Shown in pieces: positions 12,951 through 26,043 of a DNA stretch of 64,000 nt (within the stretch, counting starts at the first letter, position 1; each line of letters opens with the position of its first letter). Position numbers and translations under genes: made by a program. Location of the stretch: assembly GCA_028534125.1 (NCBI GenBank), contig CM052816.1:32924001-32988000 (forward strand), given 5' to 3'. This DNA is from Lama glama. Its lineage: Eukaryota. The notes beneath the pieces were generated by a model. It made no database searches, was not told the DNA's origin, and saw nothing but the letters and a program-made list of their open reading frames with translations.

Positions 12951-13372
12951 ACAAAGTCATCAGAGCTGAAGCCGGACAGCTGGGTGAGTAAGCCATGATC
13001 CCCGCCTCCAAGGGGTGCTCCCAAGAGGAGCGGAGGGTGAAAGAGTGGAAGGAGAGGCAGGCAGAGAAGAAGAGAGCAATGATGTGTTCCATGATAGAAT
13101 GGAATTCAGGGCACACAGGAGCCAAAAAATGAGTAACTTTATAGACAGGGACGAGGCACACGGCTGTGAGTGCCGGGGATGTGCAGGGCAGAGGCAGCAG
13201 CAGGGATGAGGTCCCGGAGGCACAGCGGATGGGTGGTCAGGTGTGGCTCAGGGTGGGAGGGGGCGTGTGATGGAGGGCGAGGATGGAGAAGCAGACAGGC
13301 GTCAGAGACACACTTGCTAAGGAGTTCAGGTACAGACAGCTGGGAGCCCCTGCAAGGTCTGAAATAATGAGG

Positions 13373-13975
13373 TGTGGCAGGCGGAATTCTGAAACGGCCT
13401 GAGATTTTGGCCCCTTGGTTTACACACACCTCCCAGCTACTGAGTCAAACTCTCAACTCGGTGCTGCTGTTGGGGACCTTTGCAGATGTAATTAAGGCCC
13501 CAGACAGCTGACCTTAGGATAAGGTTGTTCTGGGTGGACCTGACCTGATTAGATGAGCCCTTAAACAGGACTGGGCTCTTCCTGGAAAGAGATTTGAAGC
13601 AGGAAAGGGATTTGATGAGGCAGGTGCGTGCTGCTTTGAGGACGGTGTAGCCTGTGCAGAAGGAGTCCTAGAGGCCTCTAGGAGTGGGAGTTACCCCTGG
13701 CCAACAACCAGCAAGAAAATGGGATGTCAGCCCTACAACTACGAGGAACTGACTTCTGCCAACAGGCAGAATGAACTTGGAAGCAGGTTCTTCCCAAGAG
13801 CCTCTGGATGAGAACACGGACCTGGAGTCAAGACTGCAGCCTCGTAAGATCCCGAGCAGAGAAGCCAGTCGTGCTGTGCCCAGATTTCCGACTCGTGGAA
13901 ACTGTGAGCTAATGAACGGGCTTTGTTTTAAGCTACAAAGCTCAGACTAACTTGTTACACAGCAACGGAACACCG
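13373..13975 (+). mobile_element. MaLR LTR (MLT1 family)
   Basis: Starts tgtggcaggcggaattct; contains tttgcagatgtaattaagg, cagcaagaaaatggga...ctacaac, tgttttaagc...ttgttacacagcaa. Confidence 0.85.
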
Positions 13976-16900
13976 TGTGAGAGTGACCATCAGATGCGCA
14001 TCTCAGAAAGCGGCTCCGTGAGCCTGAAAGACTCGCTGCTTTGCTGGGCCTCACTCAGGAGCGCAGAGCTGTGCTCGGGGGCTCCTCCTCAGACAGAGCT
14101 CCTTCAGGGCTCTGCTTCCTGTGGAGCCACCTCCAACCAGCTGTCTCCGCTTCTTGTCTCTCCCCTTCTCAACCCACTCCTCCTTGCAACATTTTCTTTT
14201 CTTGGCTTCTGTGTCACCTCCGCAGGTGGATGTGTCTGTCAGTTGTCTGGAGTCCCTTCCATTACCACTAGTCCACCCAGTGGCAGAGGCCCACGCACCA
14301 GGGGTGACCGGAGGGCTCCTACCCCGTCGCTCTGAACTCTGAGATGCCGCCTTGGGCGCCTTCCTGTGTGGGCCAGCTCCACTCCCAAGAGGGGCACAGC
14401 TAGGTCCCCCAGATGTGGTCTTCTGTGACCATGTGGGCTAATTAGACGGAGCTCCCTGCCCCCGATGTCTCCTCACAGGGACCTGACACACAGCCCTCTA
14501 CCACCAGCAGCGGCTCACTCGGTGCTCGTCAGAGTGATAAAGGGAAGTTTCGGTGCCCCTCTCCTGCTTGATGAGTAGGTCGCATCCTGTCCCTGGGCAG
14601 AGTGGCTGCTGCAATCTGTAGATTGCCTTCGCTTAGTGTCTTACAGAACCATCTGGCACATGCAGGCACAGGTGGCAGAGCCAGTTCCCCGAAGGGCTCA
14701 GTGGAGCCCCTGGCAGGCCTGTGAGTAAATGAGCACAGACTCTGGTGGGGAGAGGGCGGCCGACCTCTGTGGCACCGATGTGGTCCAGGTCCTGTCCTGC
14801 TCGGGGCCGGCGACAGGCAGACCTGGAATCGCCTGAGGTGGTGCTACATGCTGCTTCTCCTCAAGTCACATTACTTTCCTGAGTACTCCCTGTCCCCCAG
14901 CACTGAGAGGCACAGCATCCCAACCCTTTAAACACAGTGACCTGGGGGCTGTGCGTCTGAGGACGTCTGTCCCCACCGCCAGCACATCACGCGCCTTCTG
15001 CATTCGGCAAATGGCTATGTGGTTGTGTACCTGGAGCCCAGGGATGCCCACTCGCCCCGACCATGCACACTACAGGGGTCCAGGAGTAGGTGAGCCCGTA
15101 TGAGAGGGCTCAGCTCACACTCATCAGTAAGCAAACCTTGATTAGAAATCCATGCTAACCAACAGGGGCCCAGCAGAGCAGACGAGGGTGTGCGATTTCC
15201 CCACTGCCTCGCTGTGTGACCTTGGGAAATCACCCAGCCTTGCTGTGCCAGTTTCCCTCTGCCTCCCCTGCCCCCCGCATCACATGGAGAACACCACCTG
15301 CTCGTCACCGCCTCCTAAGAATGTCAGAGAGGAAGCAGTCTGCTCCTCTCGGCTGCGCTCGGGTCCCCAAGGCAGCTACGCAAACACCGTGTAAGTACAG
15401 AGCAGATTCATTTCTGAAAATCCCTCTCCGTAACTGAATTTTTACAGTTCACTTCCTTGGTGGAAAGGTTATTCAGTTAAATTTTACTAGGATCAAGAGC
15501 AAGAGAGGATTGTGGGGTCGAGAAGGGTTTTGTTATGTTCAGCCTGTGCAGACAACAGCAAAAATGAGGCACCCTGGTAAGAAAACTCTTCACATGCAAC
15601 GCTGGAAACTGGTCACGTCCAGATGCGGTTTTATGGCAGTGCCGGAGCCAACAAACGACAATAAACGTTCATGGAAGGGGAGGGAACGAAATCAGACCAG
15701 ATGGGAGTTCAGTGGTAACTGTGTGATTGCAGAGAGTCCTGGTTTTGTTCCAAACAGAAGGTGGGGAGCAGACACACAGCGAGAGCAGGACTGGTGGGCA
15801 GGGGGGCTGAGGCTGCAGGCCGGCGAGGGGCCAGGGGGGCCAGGCTGGGCCGGGCAGTAACCAGAACCAGTGACTGGAAGTCACGAGGCACCTTCCAGAG
15901 GGGCTCTCCTCCAGAGAAGACCACCGCGCAGCCTCCACCCGCCCCCTCCACACCTGCTCTTTTCATCCAGCTCCCTAGGCCCACAACTGTGCTATTTGGA
16001 ACCAACCTTTTCCAAGGAAGGAATCGTTCTGAAAATTCTGAGAAGGTTCTCTCAACTGACTCAACCACTAGCTCAGTGGTGATTTAATACCTTCAAAGAA
16101 GGTGTTAGTTTTCACTTGAATTTTAAAAATAAAAACACCCCCAAACATTAGCCCTCGGGTGTCTGTATTATATACCCTCATGAAATGATGACTCCAGTTT
16201 CTAGGCTGTATTTAGTGTAATGATGTCATTTTCCTTTTTCCCGCAGCCCTGTGGGCTCTTTCTTGGCTCCATATATCCAGGGCTTGATTAGAAATCCATG
16301 CTAACCAACTTAAGCCTGGTTATTGGAAATCCATTGTGACTGACAGAGCAAATGAAATCTCTTCATGTTTAGTCAGCAGAACCTGCATCCTGCTTGTGCC
16401 AGCAAAGGCCTCTGAGATTGGGGGAACATGGAAAATGCAGGCGCTTAACTTACACATACAATATCCCAATGGCTCCCAGCTGGAAGCAGGGGTAGGGGGA
16501 GCCCTGCATCCTGAGTTTCTGGCACAGAGATGTCATTAGGATCAGTGGAGGACAATTTTCCCCTGCTGCTTCTCTCTTCCCGCATCTAGCAAAGCGATTA
16601 CCATTTAGCCACATGGCCAGAGGTGCTGGCAGTGTAAAAGCAGAGCTATTACAACTTGGAAGGAAAGGCAAAAAGTGGCAGTGAGTAAACCAGGAGGGTA
16701 GTGAGGTTCCCCACAAGGCAGCCTTCCATCCATCCTCAGCCTGGAGGCAACACTATAAAATGAACATCCAGCCCCGGCTGGACCAAGGCAGCAGCCTGAG
16801 CATATACTGCTGCCTTCCGCTCCTACCCCAAATCCCCAGAAATTATGGGAAACGTGTTTTTTAAAAATCCTCATGCATGACGGAAACCAAGGAGTGCTCT

Positions 16901-17220
16901 TTGTCTACGAGAAACCATGAGCAATCATATAAAAGCAAAGGCAGATTTTTACTCTTCCAGCAAAAGGAAACCACAACTCAAAATGCACACAGAAGAAAGT
17001 GGCTACAGAAGCAGAAGGGGCTTCAGAAGTGCTCCAACCAGAGGTGCTGGTCATCAGAACAAGACGGGACCAGATGTCTGGGTCAGATACACGGCCTGGA
17101 GAGCTGACGTCAGCCAGGAGGAACGGAAAGCCCAGAGGCGAGCTTGTGAGCCAAAGCCAAGAAAGAGTCACAAATCAAATCTCAACTCTAAAAACTACCA
17201 TGGGTGGGAGTGGGGGAAGG

Positions 17221-17450
17221 GGGTGAGTATAGCTCAGTGGTGCATGCTTAGCATGCAAGAGGTTCGATCCCCATTAAAAAAGCACACACACACACACACA
17301 CAAACCACACAAAAAAGCCCTCACATGTAAGGGAACAGTTAACACAACAGATAAAACAATATTTTAAGTCCCGGTTTTGATCCCCAGTTCCTCCATTAAA
17401 AAAATAAACATATAAATTTAATTATCCCCTCCAAACAAACAACAAACAAA
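17221..17450 (+). mobile_element. tRNA-derived SINE fragments (camelid-like), with a (CA)n tract; possibly two partial copies
   Basis: gtatagctcagtggtgcatgcttagcatgcaagaggttcgatcccc (A and B boxes), then a second piece tgatccccagttcctccattaaaaaaataaac...taattatcccc. Confidence 0.75.
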
Positions 17451-17640
17451 ATAAGATTTTAGAATAAGTATAATAAATATCCTCAGAGTTGCAAGAAGAT
17501 GTCATTACAAAAGACCTGACAGGTTTCATCACCAAAATAATTCAACACATCAGCCTAACACCATGATGGTTACAGCTGAAGAACAAAGCAGTGAGCTGGG
17601 AAACGGAGCTCAAGACCCTCCCCAGAAGAGTACCATCTGA

Positions 17641-18810
17641 CAGGGCTGCCACAGCCATGGGCTGCTGAGCGCTGGCAGCGTTGGCTGATTTGAATCTCAG
17701 ATGTGCTGTAAGTGTAAACTTACAAGTTTACAGTAGATTTTGACTTAAAAATTTTGGTTAAAAAAATTAGAAGATAAGCTATCTCATTAATATCTTTAAA
17801 AATATTGATTTACATACTGAAATGATGTTTTGAATAGATGCAGTAAAATAAAATACACTATTAAAGTGGACTGTACCTGTTTCTTTTTACTTTTTTAATG
17901 ACGCTGATAAGATTTAAAATTACTGTGTGGCCACTGAGAATGTCCATCATTAAAAAGTCCACAAATGATAAATGCTGGAAAGGGTGTGGAGAAAAGGGAA
18001 CCCTCCTACACTGTTGGTGGGAATGTAGTTTGGTGTAGCTGTTATGGAAAACAGTATGGAGATTCCTCAAAAAACTAAAAACTGACTTATCATATGATCC
18101 AGCAGTCCCACTCCTGGGCATATATACAGAAAGAACTCTAATTCGAAAAGATACATGCACCCCAATGTTTACTGCAGCACTATTTACTAATAGTCAAGAC
18201 ATGGAAACAACCTAAATGTCCCCTCAAAAGATGACTGGATAAAGAAGTTGTGGTGTACATGTACAATGGAATACTACTCAGCCATAAAAAGAAAAAATAA
18301 TGCCATTTGCTGCAACATGGATGGACCTGGAGATATGTCATTCTAAGTGAAGTAAGCCAGAAAGAGAAAGAAAAATACCATATGGTATCACTTATATGTG
18401 GAATCTAAAAAAGTAAGGCACAAATAAACTTATCTACAAAACAGAAACAGACTCACATAGAGAACAAACTTATGGTTCTGGGGGTGGTAAGGAAGGGGGT
18501 AGGAAGGGATAAATGGGGAGTATGAGATTTGCAGATACTACCTACCATATATAAAACAGATAAACAACAAGGTCCTACTGTATAGCACAGGGATCTATAT
18601 TCAATATCTTGTAGTAACCCATAATGAAGAGTATGAAAATGAATGTATATATGTACACGTATGACTGAAATATTATGCTGTACACTAGAAATTAACACAT
18701 TGTAAACTGACTATACTTCAATAATAAATAAATAGGTAAAAAATAAAAATAAAGAAAAATAAAATTACAGCGTGGCTTGCATTTCATTTCTACTCGAGGG
18801 CCCTGCTCTA
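17641..18810 (-). mobile_element. MER33-like hAT MITE split by an L1 insertion
   Basis: agatgtgctgtaagtgtaaa...cctgtttctttttacttttttaatg...aaaattactgtgtggc continues after the L1 as aaaattacagcgtggcttgcatttcatttctact. Confidence 0.75.
17932..18760 (+). mobile_element. 5'-truncated younger LINE-1 (ORF2 end, 3' UTR, A-rich tail) with a 16-bp target-site duplication
   Basis: aaatgctggaaagggtgtggagaaaagggaaccctcctacactgttggtgggaatgta; A-rich tail at about 18720-18760; TSD at 17916-17931 and 18761-18776. Confidence 0.93.
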
Positions 18811-19440
18811 GAACAGAATACAGAAAGGTAGTGAGAGGATGAAAAGTCAGGGTGTGGAAGACAGAGCTACAGGGAGAGAACAGAGGGGAAGAGGCCCTGC
18901 CGCACTAAAGGAAAACTGTCCACAAGTGAACGCACAAGGAGGCCTCCTGACTGGAAAGAACCAGCGATGCAGAGGGTGGCGTTCTCACTGAAGCTGGAAA
19001 CAAAGTAAAGACCTCCGTTTTTTTCCTTCACTCAACTGAATTGTCTTTATATTTCAGGTATATGATCGATGTATAAAGCAGCCAAAGAAATTGTTAAACA
19101 TTCCATAAAGATCCAACCAGAATTTACCTGCAACACTCCATCCCAGTGATATTGCAAGATGTCTGTTCTGGTTGTCACCACTGAACACAGCCCTGAGGTT
19201 CCAGGCAACGCCACACCACCACACAGAAGCCAAGAAAGAGGCGCTTTCTATCTGCAGGTGAAATGACTGCCTACATACTCTCTCAGTCACTCCCTTCTCT
19301 GGCCTCCAAGGCCGGGGCGAAAGGAAGACACATAGGCACCCTCTCCGTCCCAGGCAGCCGGTAACGCTCCATGAAGAGCCAACGACACCTACAGCTGAGA
19401 GAACTCAGGGCCAAGCCCTCCCCCCTAGGATAAACACATC

Positions 19441-19740
19441 ATCGGTCAGGGCTGCGGGCGCGCAGGGTGCTTACCGTCGGATGGCGTTAGCGAACTCGGC
19501 AGCCAGCTCGCTGTCGCTGCACGTCGTCCGTAGTTCAGCCAGAGACAGCGCCGGGGAGGTAGCGTCAGGACACTCCTGGGGACACAGACCCACGGGTTAG
19601 GTGTGGAGCCAAAGCCGAGCACCTGCTGGCCGAGCACAGGGGTGACCAGGCAGCGGGGGCAGCTCCCCGGGTACCGGCCTCCGTAGGCTGCGCGGTGCGC
19701 TCTGAGTACTCACGGGGAGCCGGGCACTGGTCTGAGCGCC
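19441..19740. promoter_or_regulatory. Small intragenic CpG-rich patch around the 101-nt exon
   Basis: About 30 CpGs counted by hand in 300 bp of GC-rich sequence, far above the surrounding introns. Confidence 0.5.
19475..19575 (-). CDS. MCC: MCC coding exon (101 nt, phase 0-2): ECPDATSPALSLAELRTTCSDSELAAEFANAIR(R)
   Basis: Translated by hand. Branch-point-like cctaac upstream, acceptor gtccccag|GAG, donor CG|gtaagc. Confidence 0.94.
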
Positions 19741-20884
19741 CCCAGCGTGTTCTCTCACCTAATCATCAGGATGATCTTCCAAGGCGGATACTCTCACTGG
19801 CCCCACTTTGCCAAGGAGAGCACTAGGGCACAGAGATGCTGCACTGCCCCACGTCACCAGCTAGGACGCGGCGGAACCAGGATTCCAACCCAGGCCAGTA
19901 CTCTTAGCCACTGGGTAAGCCTCTCGTAATTCGTAAAAGCCTCTCGTAGCTCGCAAGTGGGGAACATGTGCGTATCCTTTTGTGGTCCCTCCCTCCTGCC
20001 CTCCATCCCACATCCCCTCGGGAGAAAACCCGTCTTCTCCAGATTTGGGGGCTTTACTGAATTCCATGTAACCATCTAGAAGACCAGGAAAGAGGGTTTT
20101 ACCACGTCTTAGCATGAGACAGGAACTTTGACATCACCTCAACCAAATCCTCTCATTTACAGATGAGGAAACACAGGAACTGGAACACCTATTCTCAATG
20201 GAGTTAAGACTGCATAAGGCAGTGACCACACCCACCTGAGCGGCCACCCTTCCCGCCTACAGGCAGAGGGCAGCTGCTAGGCTGGTGATGAAACAGCCGG
20301 GGGACAGCGTTTATGTAACAACTCGCTCAGCAGACGTTTACTAAGGATCTACCACAGCCCAGGCTTGGGCATGAAAAGCCTGTGATCTGGTACCTGGGGC
20401 AGTTTGTAAATAGAACCTTCTATCACAGTGGAACGGGCGCTACAAGGAAGCATGAACCCAGAGCTAGAAACCAGACAACAGAGAGGCACGGGGTCTCCTC
20501 CGCCCACTGGTACAGAAATGCCACCACACCCAGGGCTCCTCTGGGGCTGACAGCAACACCTGAACACCTTCCCCGGGCCGGGTCTCTGCCGGACCTGCTT
20601 CCCTTTCCTCCTCTCCATCCAGTGGCCTGAAGACGTGGGCCCCCTCTGCCAGCCCTGGGTCACCTTCAGAGTCCAACACCCTCTTTATGTACGTCATCTC
20701 CCCCATGGCGTTAACATTTCATAAGACTCCTTAAAGGCAGGGACAGCTCTGTCTCACCCGGTGCCTCTCATAGAACACATCTGGTAATCTCTGTTGCATA
20801 CAGACAAGAACTGAAAACACCTGTGTGACGTGGACAAGATTTGGGACCCAGCTTGTTGGCTGGAGGGAATTTTTAAAACAAGTA

Positions 20885-21200
20885 CGACAGCCACCTTGTG
20901 GAGCAAGAGTGGATGTTCCAGACCCCAGTCTGGCCTGCCACCTGTTTTGAGAAGCCCCACAGGGCTAAGAATTGTTTCTCTGTTTTTGAAATCATGAAAA
21001 AAAAATCAAAGAAGTATTTTGTGATGTGCAGAAACTCTGTGGAATCCAAATTCCAGTGGCCGTAAGTGTCGTCAGAACACAGCCACGCACCGTCGTGTCT
21101 GGGCTGTCCCTGCCTCTGCAGCGGAGTCCTCATGATCCAGAAAACCCTGAGACACTGACTGTCTGGGTTTTTATGGTGCACGGGCCTCTGCTCCAGGCTG
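20885..21200. mobile_element. MER58-like hAT MITE
   Basis: tctggcctgccacctgttttg...aaattccagtggccgtaagt...gaacacagccacgcac...ctgtctgg. Confidence 0.6.
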
Positions 21201-23263
21201 TTTGCCTCATCTGCCAACGAATAAGACCAAAGGAGCAGCCCGGAGGGGAGATGTTACTGACACAGTACATGGATCTAATTTTTGAAAGACAAAATAATCA
21301 GCTTACTCTAATTTCATTACGTGAACAACACAAGGTACTCTTAGAAAGCTTCTTACTCTAATGTAAAAAAGTAAAAATAAAAATGAATCATCTGGCCATT
21401 TCCATCAAAGAGATTTCTGTACTTTGAAGCCATTCCACAAAACGCAGTGCTTCCCCCAGTCAAAATAAATACTCAGAACTGGGGGAAAATGCTCAGTTCA
21501 CGGGCCTTCTGGCAAGAGCCTGGCAAGTCCACCTCCACCACACCCTAAGGACACACACACGAACACTAGTGCTCTGTCTCTCAGTCTCTGTCCCAAAGTG
21601 ACTGCTAACAGACTCAGAAGGCTGTACGGAGGCTCTGAGCTGCTGGCACACGCCCGAGCCCCAGAGACTCCCACATGAAACAGCACTGCAGAGGCCGCTG
21701 GCCACCCCGACCCGACTTCCCAGGCACCGGGCATGTGGTTTCAGGGTGCACCTGCACCGTGACCTTTCCAAAATCCAGACTGTGTCGTCACCGCCTGCCA
21801 AAACCCCTCAGCGACTCCTCCCCATCCTCGGGAGGGCACAGCCGGCTCCCTCTCCGGGCAATGTATCAGTTCCTCCTCCCTCGGGTCTCTGCCCATGCCG
21901 GTCCATCAGCCTAGGGTGGACTTTCTTGTCTGCCCTGTCCTCTTCATTGGGCTAGCTCCCACTCTCCACTAGGTCTCAGTTCAGGAAACCTGTCCCTAAT
22001 CTCCAAACCTGGATTTTGGGTCTGGCCTGCAGACTTCCCTCGCACTAGGCATCGATCCTTGCACTCAGGACACTGTGTCCCAGTGTTAGGATCACCTGTT
22101 TGCCCATCAGCATCTCCTGCTGGTATCTAACTCCTGGACCTGCCTCCAGCATCTGGCCTGGACCAAATCCCATCATCATATGAAAAGATGACTAGAAAGC
22201 AGCTTGGGTCTCGGGAGGGCGGCCCAGCCAGGTGCCACGGCCATGGACTTCCTTGGCACCCTACTAGGTGAGAGGCGGGCGAATGGTAGCTGTGGCCTCT
22301 GTAGAACATGCATCACAGTCCTTAGCTGTTTAGGGAGTGACCATTCACTGCAACACAGCATCGGCAAGTTGCTTTCTTTGCACGACGCTCAGGGTGGAGA
22401 CACCCCTGCGCTCAGGCTGTGAGGAGCCACTCATTAGACCAGCAAGTCAGTGCATGGCCACAAGTCCTGGGCCTGACAAAATGGGGTCAGGAGGAGCTAG
22501 AGTTTATTAGAAACAGCAAATCTGAAGCACAGAATCCCAACACCCTGGGACAAGGAATATCTTCAGGGTCCAGAGTATTTTTTTTCTCCAGTGCTGGAAT
22601 CATTCTGAGATAGAGGATGATGGAAATGAGCTTGGATTCTAGAAAAAAAGGCTTGTGGGCTAATGAAGGTGTGAGTTTGCAGGACGCTCTCACCGAGAGC
22701 CCACTCCCTGTGAGTCCCTGTGGGTGGAGCAGGGCTTGCTTTCTTCCTCCGCTTCCGGCTTCCTCAGGGAATTCGAGGCAAAACAGAGAGGAGGGGGGCC
22801 CATTAGCCATACGGGTTAAATCCCGATTCTGCCTCTTACTGCTGAGAGACCCCCTCGTTTCTTTTAAACCTTATTTTCCTCATGTAAATGAGGATAACTC
22901 TTCTTTCCTCAGAGTTGTGAGACTTCAGGGAGATAATGAATGCAACTATCAGTTCAGGAGTGATAAACAAATGATGTCATCGTGTGATGCGAGAGGAGGG
23001 AAAACCAGAATCAGACTCCTGGGCCACTGCCCAGATCACTGCCCTGAAAACTGTGGTCCGTGAAAATGCTTTAACTGTTATATAAAGTGAGATAAAAAAC
23101 AAATGTGGATTGGATTTCTCTGCAACCAAAATGGCACGCTCTTTCAGATTTCTGGAATGGATTGCAGTTCCTACGCGAATAAGGAAACCAAGTCAGAAGG
23201 GCAGTGAGGAGCCTCGCGGCCCCGGGCAGGAAGCAAGGCCCGAGCCGGAGCCCCCGCCCCTAC

Positions 23264-23470
23264 CTTGCCGGACTTGTCCTTGCCGCCGCTGCTGGTGGAG
23301 CTGAGGGACCGCGTGCGCTGCTCCTTCTGCTCCTCCACCTCGGACTTCAGGTGCTCGATGTGCACCAGGTAGGCCTGCTCCTGGGCCTCCCGTGTGCTCA
23401 GCTTCAGCTCCAGGGCCTTCTTCTCTTTCTCCAGGAGGTAGAGCTGGGCCTTGAGCTCGGCCATCTCCTC
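23264..23470 (-). CDS. MCC: MCC coding exon (207 nt, phase 0-0): EEMAELKAQLYLLEKEKKALELKLSTREAQEQAYLVHIEHLKSEVEEQKEQRTRSLSSTSSGGKDKSGK
   Basis: Acceptor ctccgcag|GAG, donor AAG|gtaggg; the peptide is contained in ORF 23171..23545(-). Confidence 0.96.
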
Positions 23471-25891
23471 CTGCGGAGCACAGAGCGCACGAGGCGCCTG
23501 CAGTGAGAGCAGGGCTGGGCCGGGAAAGGGGGTGCGCGGCGACAACCCACGGTCTGGCGGGAGCTGTCACTTTGCAGCTGGGGAGACGATGATGGGGAGG
23601 AGACCAGATGGCTGTCTCCACGCAACTGGAGGACTGACTTGTGCAACAAGCCATGTGCTCATCACCATGGACCAGAACTGGGGTAACTGGGTAGAAGGTA
23701 CAGGTGAGTGGCCATTGGCTCACTATCAGGAAAACCTTTCTAACAACCCGCCTCCGCTTCCCCAGTGGTCGCACCTGCCTTGCTGGAAGCCAGTTTAGTT
23801 TTCTGACCCACGAAGGCTAAGCTTCATCAAAGGGGTGGTCAAAGAGGTCATTCATACAAGCCTGGGTCTGACTAGGTCCCTTCCAATCCCCGTTTGCTTT
23901 TCCATTTTCCATGACACCAATGCCCATATTTAATCACCCCCAGTGGCAGTCTGGGGTCCTGCAGCTGTGCCAGAAATGATACTGCCTCCCACTCTTGTCT
24001 CCTTTAGGGCCCCAGATGAATCATTAGCAACAGGGCCCTTGACAGGTGACTACTCATCAGGTCACTTCTTGAAGTGCCTCAAGAGAACTCAAATCAGAGT
24101 TGGCTGTGGAGAAAAAGTGACTCCACCATGGGACAGTGCTGTCCTGGGACCAGAAACCAGATGGCAGTGGTAACCACCAGCATTTATTTAGCACGTAACA
24201 GGATTTTAAATGTTTACACAAAGTAACTCATTTAACCCTCCTGACCAGAAACAGGCATTATGAGTCCCTCCATTCCAGGATGGGAAACTGAGGCACGCAG
24301 AAGTGAAACCCACCTGCTTAGCTCAGCCCACGGTTACTGGGTGAACTGTGAACCCAGGACATCTGGTTTGGAGCCTGTGTAACCACTAAGCCCCCTTTCA
24401 AGGCGAGCCTGTGCATGATGCTTGTCCCTCACCTCTGCCGGAGGGTGAGTCCACTCCCTCATGACCACCAGGTCAGTCTCCCCAGGTATTTCTATGATCT
24501 TCCTCAAAAGGAGCCTTTATAACACCAACTCACTGCCTTGACAGGGATTCACCCAGGTCACCGACTCTGGTCACCCCCGGAGTGACCCTTCTCTGAGGTA
24601 ACAAGCCAGGCCCGGGGAGGAGATGTTCTGTTCCCAATGTGGGAAATACCTGAAGGGCACCCGCCGTGGCTAGTAATACTCAGGGAGGGGGCGTGGGCCA
24701 CAGAGAAGGCGACGTGCTGAGCGACTGCTCAAAAGAAGACACCAAACCTTTCCTGATGACATAAAGCCAGGATGGAAGGTGTTTCCATACACTGGACTTT
24801 CTCATCCTTGGCCATTAGATGCAGGATTCTGAAGATTCTGGCAGCACTGCAGACTGAGCTAATGGGGACAGTCACACTCAGAACAAACATACAAATGCAA
24901 GCTTGAGAGAAGGAAAGATGAGATCGAGGGAGCCAGAAATGAAGCGGGAACTCTGCCCGCAAGGAAAGGCGGCAGATGGGTGGGGGGCCCCGGACCTGGG
25001 CTTTTGGCAGCCATGCAAGGGCAGGGCAGAGGGTCAGGGCCGAGGCCCCCTGTAGGAGTTGGACTCTCCAAGTACCACCGAGAGAGGGCACGAGAAGACT
25101 TCCTTTCTGGAGGAGTGGCAAGGAAACGCGTCATCACTCAGGCTTCGGGCGAGAGAATTAAAAAGAGCCTCATTTGAGGAATCAGACGACAAACTCGAGT
25201 CTTCTGTAGATGTGGAACAATTCCTAAGCCAACATGATAACAAGAACTAGTCCTAAATCTCTGAAAACCACAGGTCCACACAGATCTAACCTCACAACCA
25301 CTCTACAGGGACATCTCCAACCCAGGACCCAAAGGGTCCCCTGCAAGACACAATCTCCACTGAGGATGGACCAGAACCCACATTCTCCCCCCACCCCCCC
25401 ACACACACGGGAAAGTGGACATGAGTCATGCTGAGGCAGAATCAGCATTTACAAGAACCAGAATTAACAAGGGGAAAAAGAGACAATATTTAAAACAATT
25501 AAAGACAAAAAGGAAGAGCAGGCATAATGAGAAGATGGGATATTCAAAAAAGAAGAGTGGGTTTGAAAAGGAACCAAGTGGGTCATCTGGAGATCAAAAG
25601 GTGTTTCCTAAAGATCAAGTACAAGTTAAAAAAAACAAAAAACAAAAAACCCCCTAAAACTTGAGTTTCTCAGCAGTTGTATCCTAGAACAAAACGGCAA
25701 AATCCAACGCAATCTCCCACCAGTGGATTTGGTTTGGGTGAGCACACGTCCCTGAATGCACTGCTAGGGACAGTCAGGGAAGGGAGGTGACGCTGCTGTT
25801 TGTCCTTCAAAAAACTGCCAGGGAGGGAACCACACCAGAGCCTGCAGGCTGCCCCTGGGGCATGATGTTATGAGTTATTTCTCTCACAGCC

Positions 25892-26043
25892 TTTTCTTTT
25901 TGCAGGAAAGGTAATTTGGGTCTATTTTTTAATTCATTATTTTAAAATTTATTTATTTATTTTTTAATGGAAGTCCTGGGGACTGAACCTAGGACCTCAT
26001 GCATGCTAAGCACACACTCTACCATGGAGCTATACTCTCCCTC
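25892..26043 (-). mobile_element. tRNA-derived SINE (camelid-like)
   Basis: Minus strand gggagagtatagctccatggtagagtgtgtgcttagcatgcatgaggtcctaggttcagtccccaggacttccattaaaaaataaataaat; flanked by the short repeat tcacagc(c)tttt. Confidence 0.85.

Noticed and set aside
17221..17275. tRNA-like A and B boxes (also at about 25980-26035 and 32815-32875)
   Set aside because: These are SINE heads with A-rich tails, and TSDs at two of the loci; I could not build a complete cloverleaf.
6830..18760. L1-derived peptides (for example ORFs 7728..7934 and 17861..18160) as possible domesticated genes
   Set aside because: They are short fragments or antisense frames of truncated, frameshifted L1 ORF2 and 3' UTR.
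24555..24590. ggtcac...gtgacc inverted half-sites resembling an estrogen response element
   Set aside because: The spacer between GGTCA and TGACC is 9 bp rather than 3, so it is not a canonical element.
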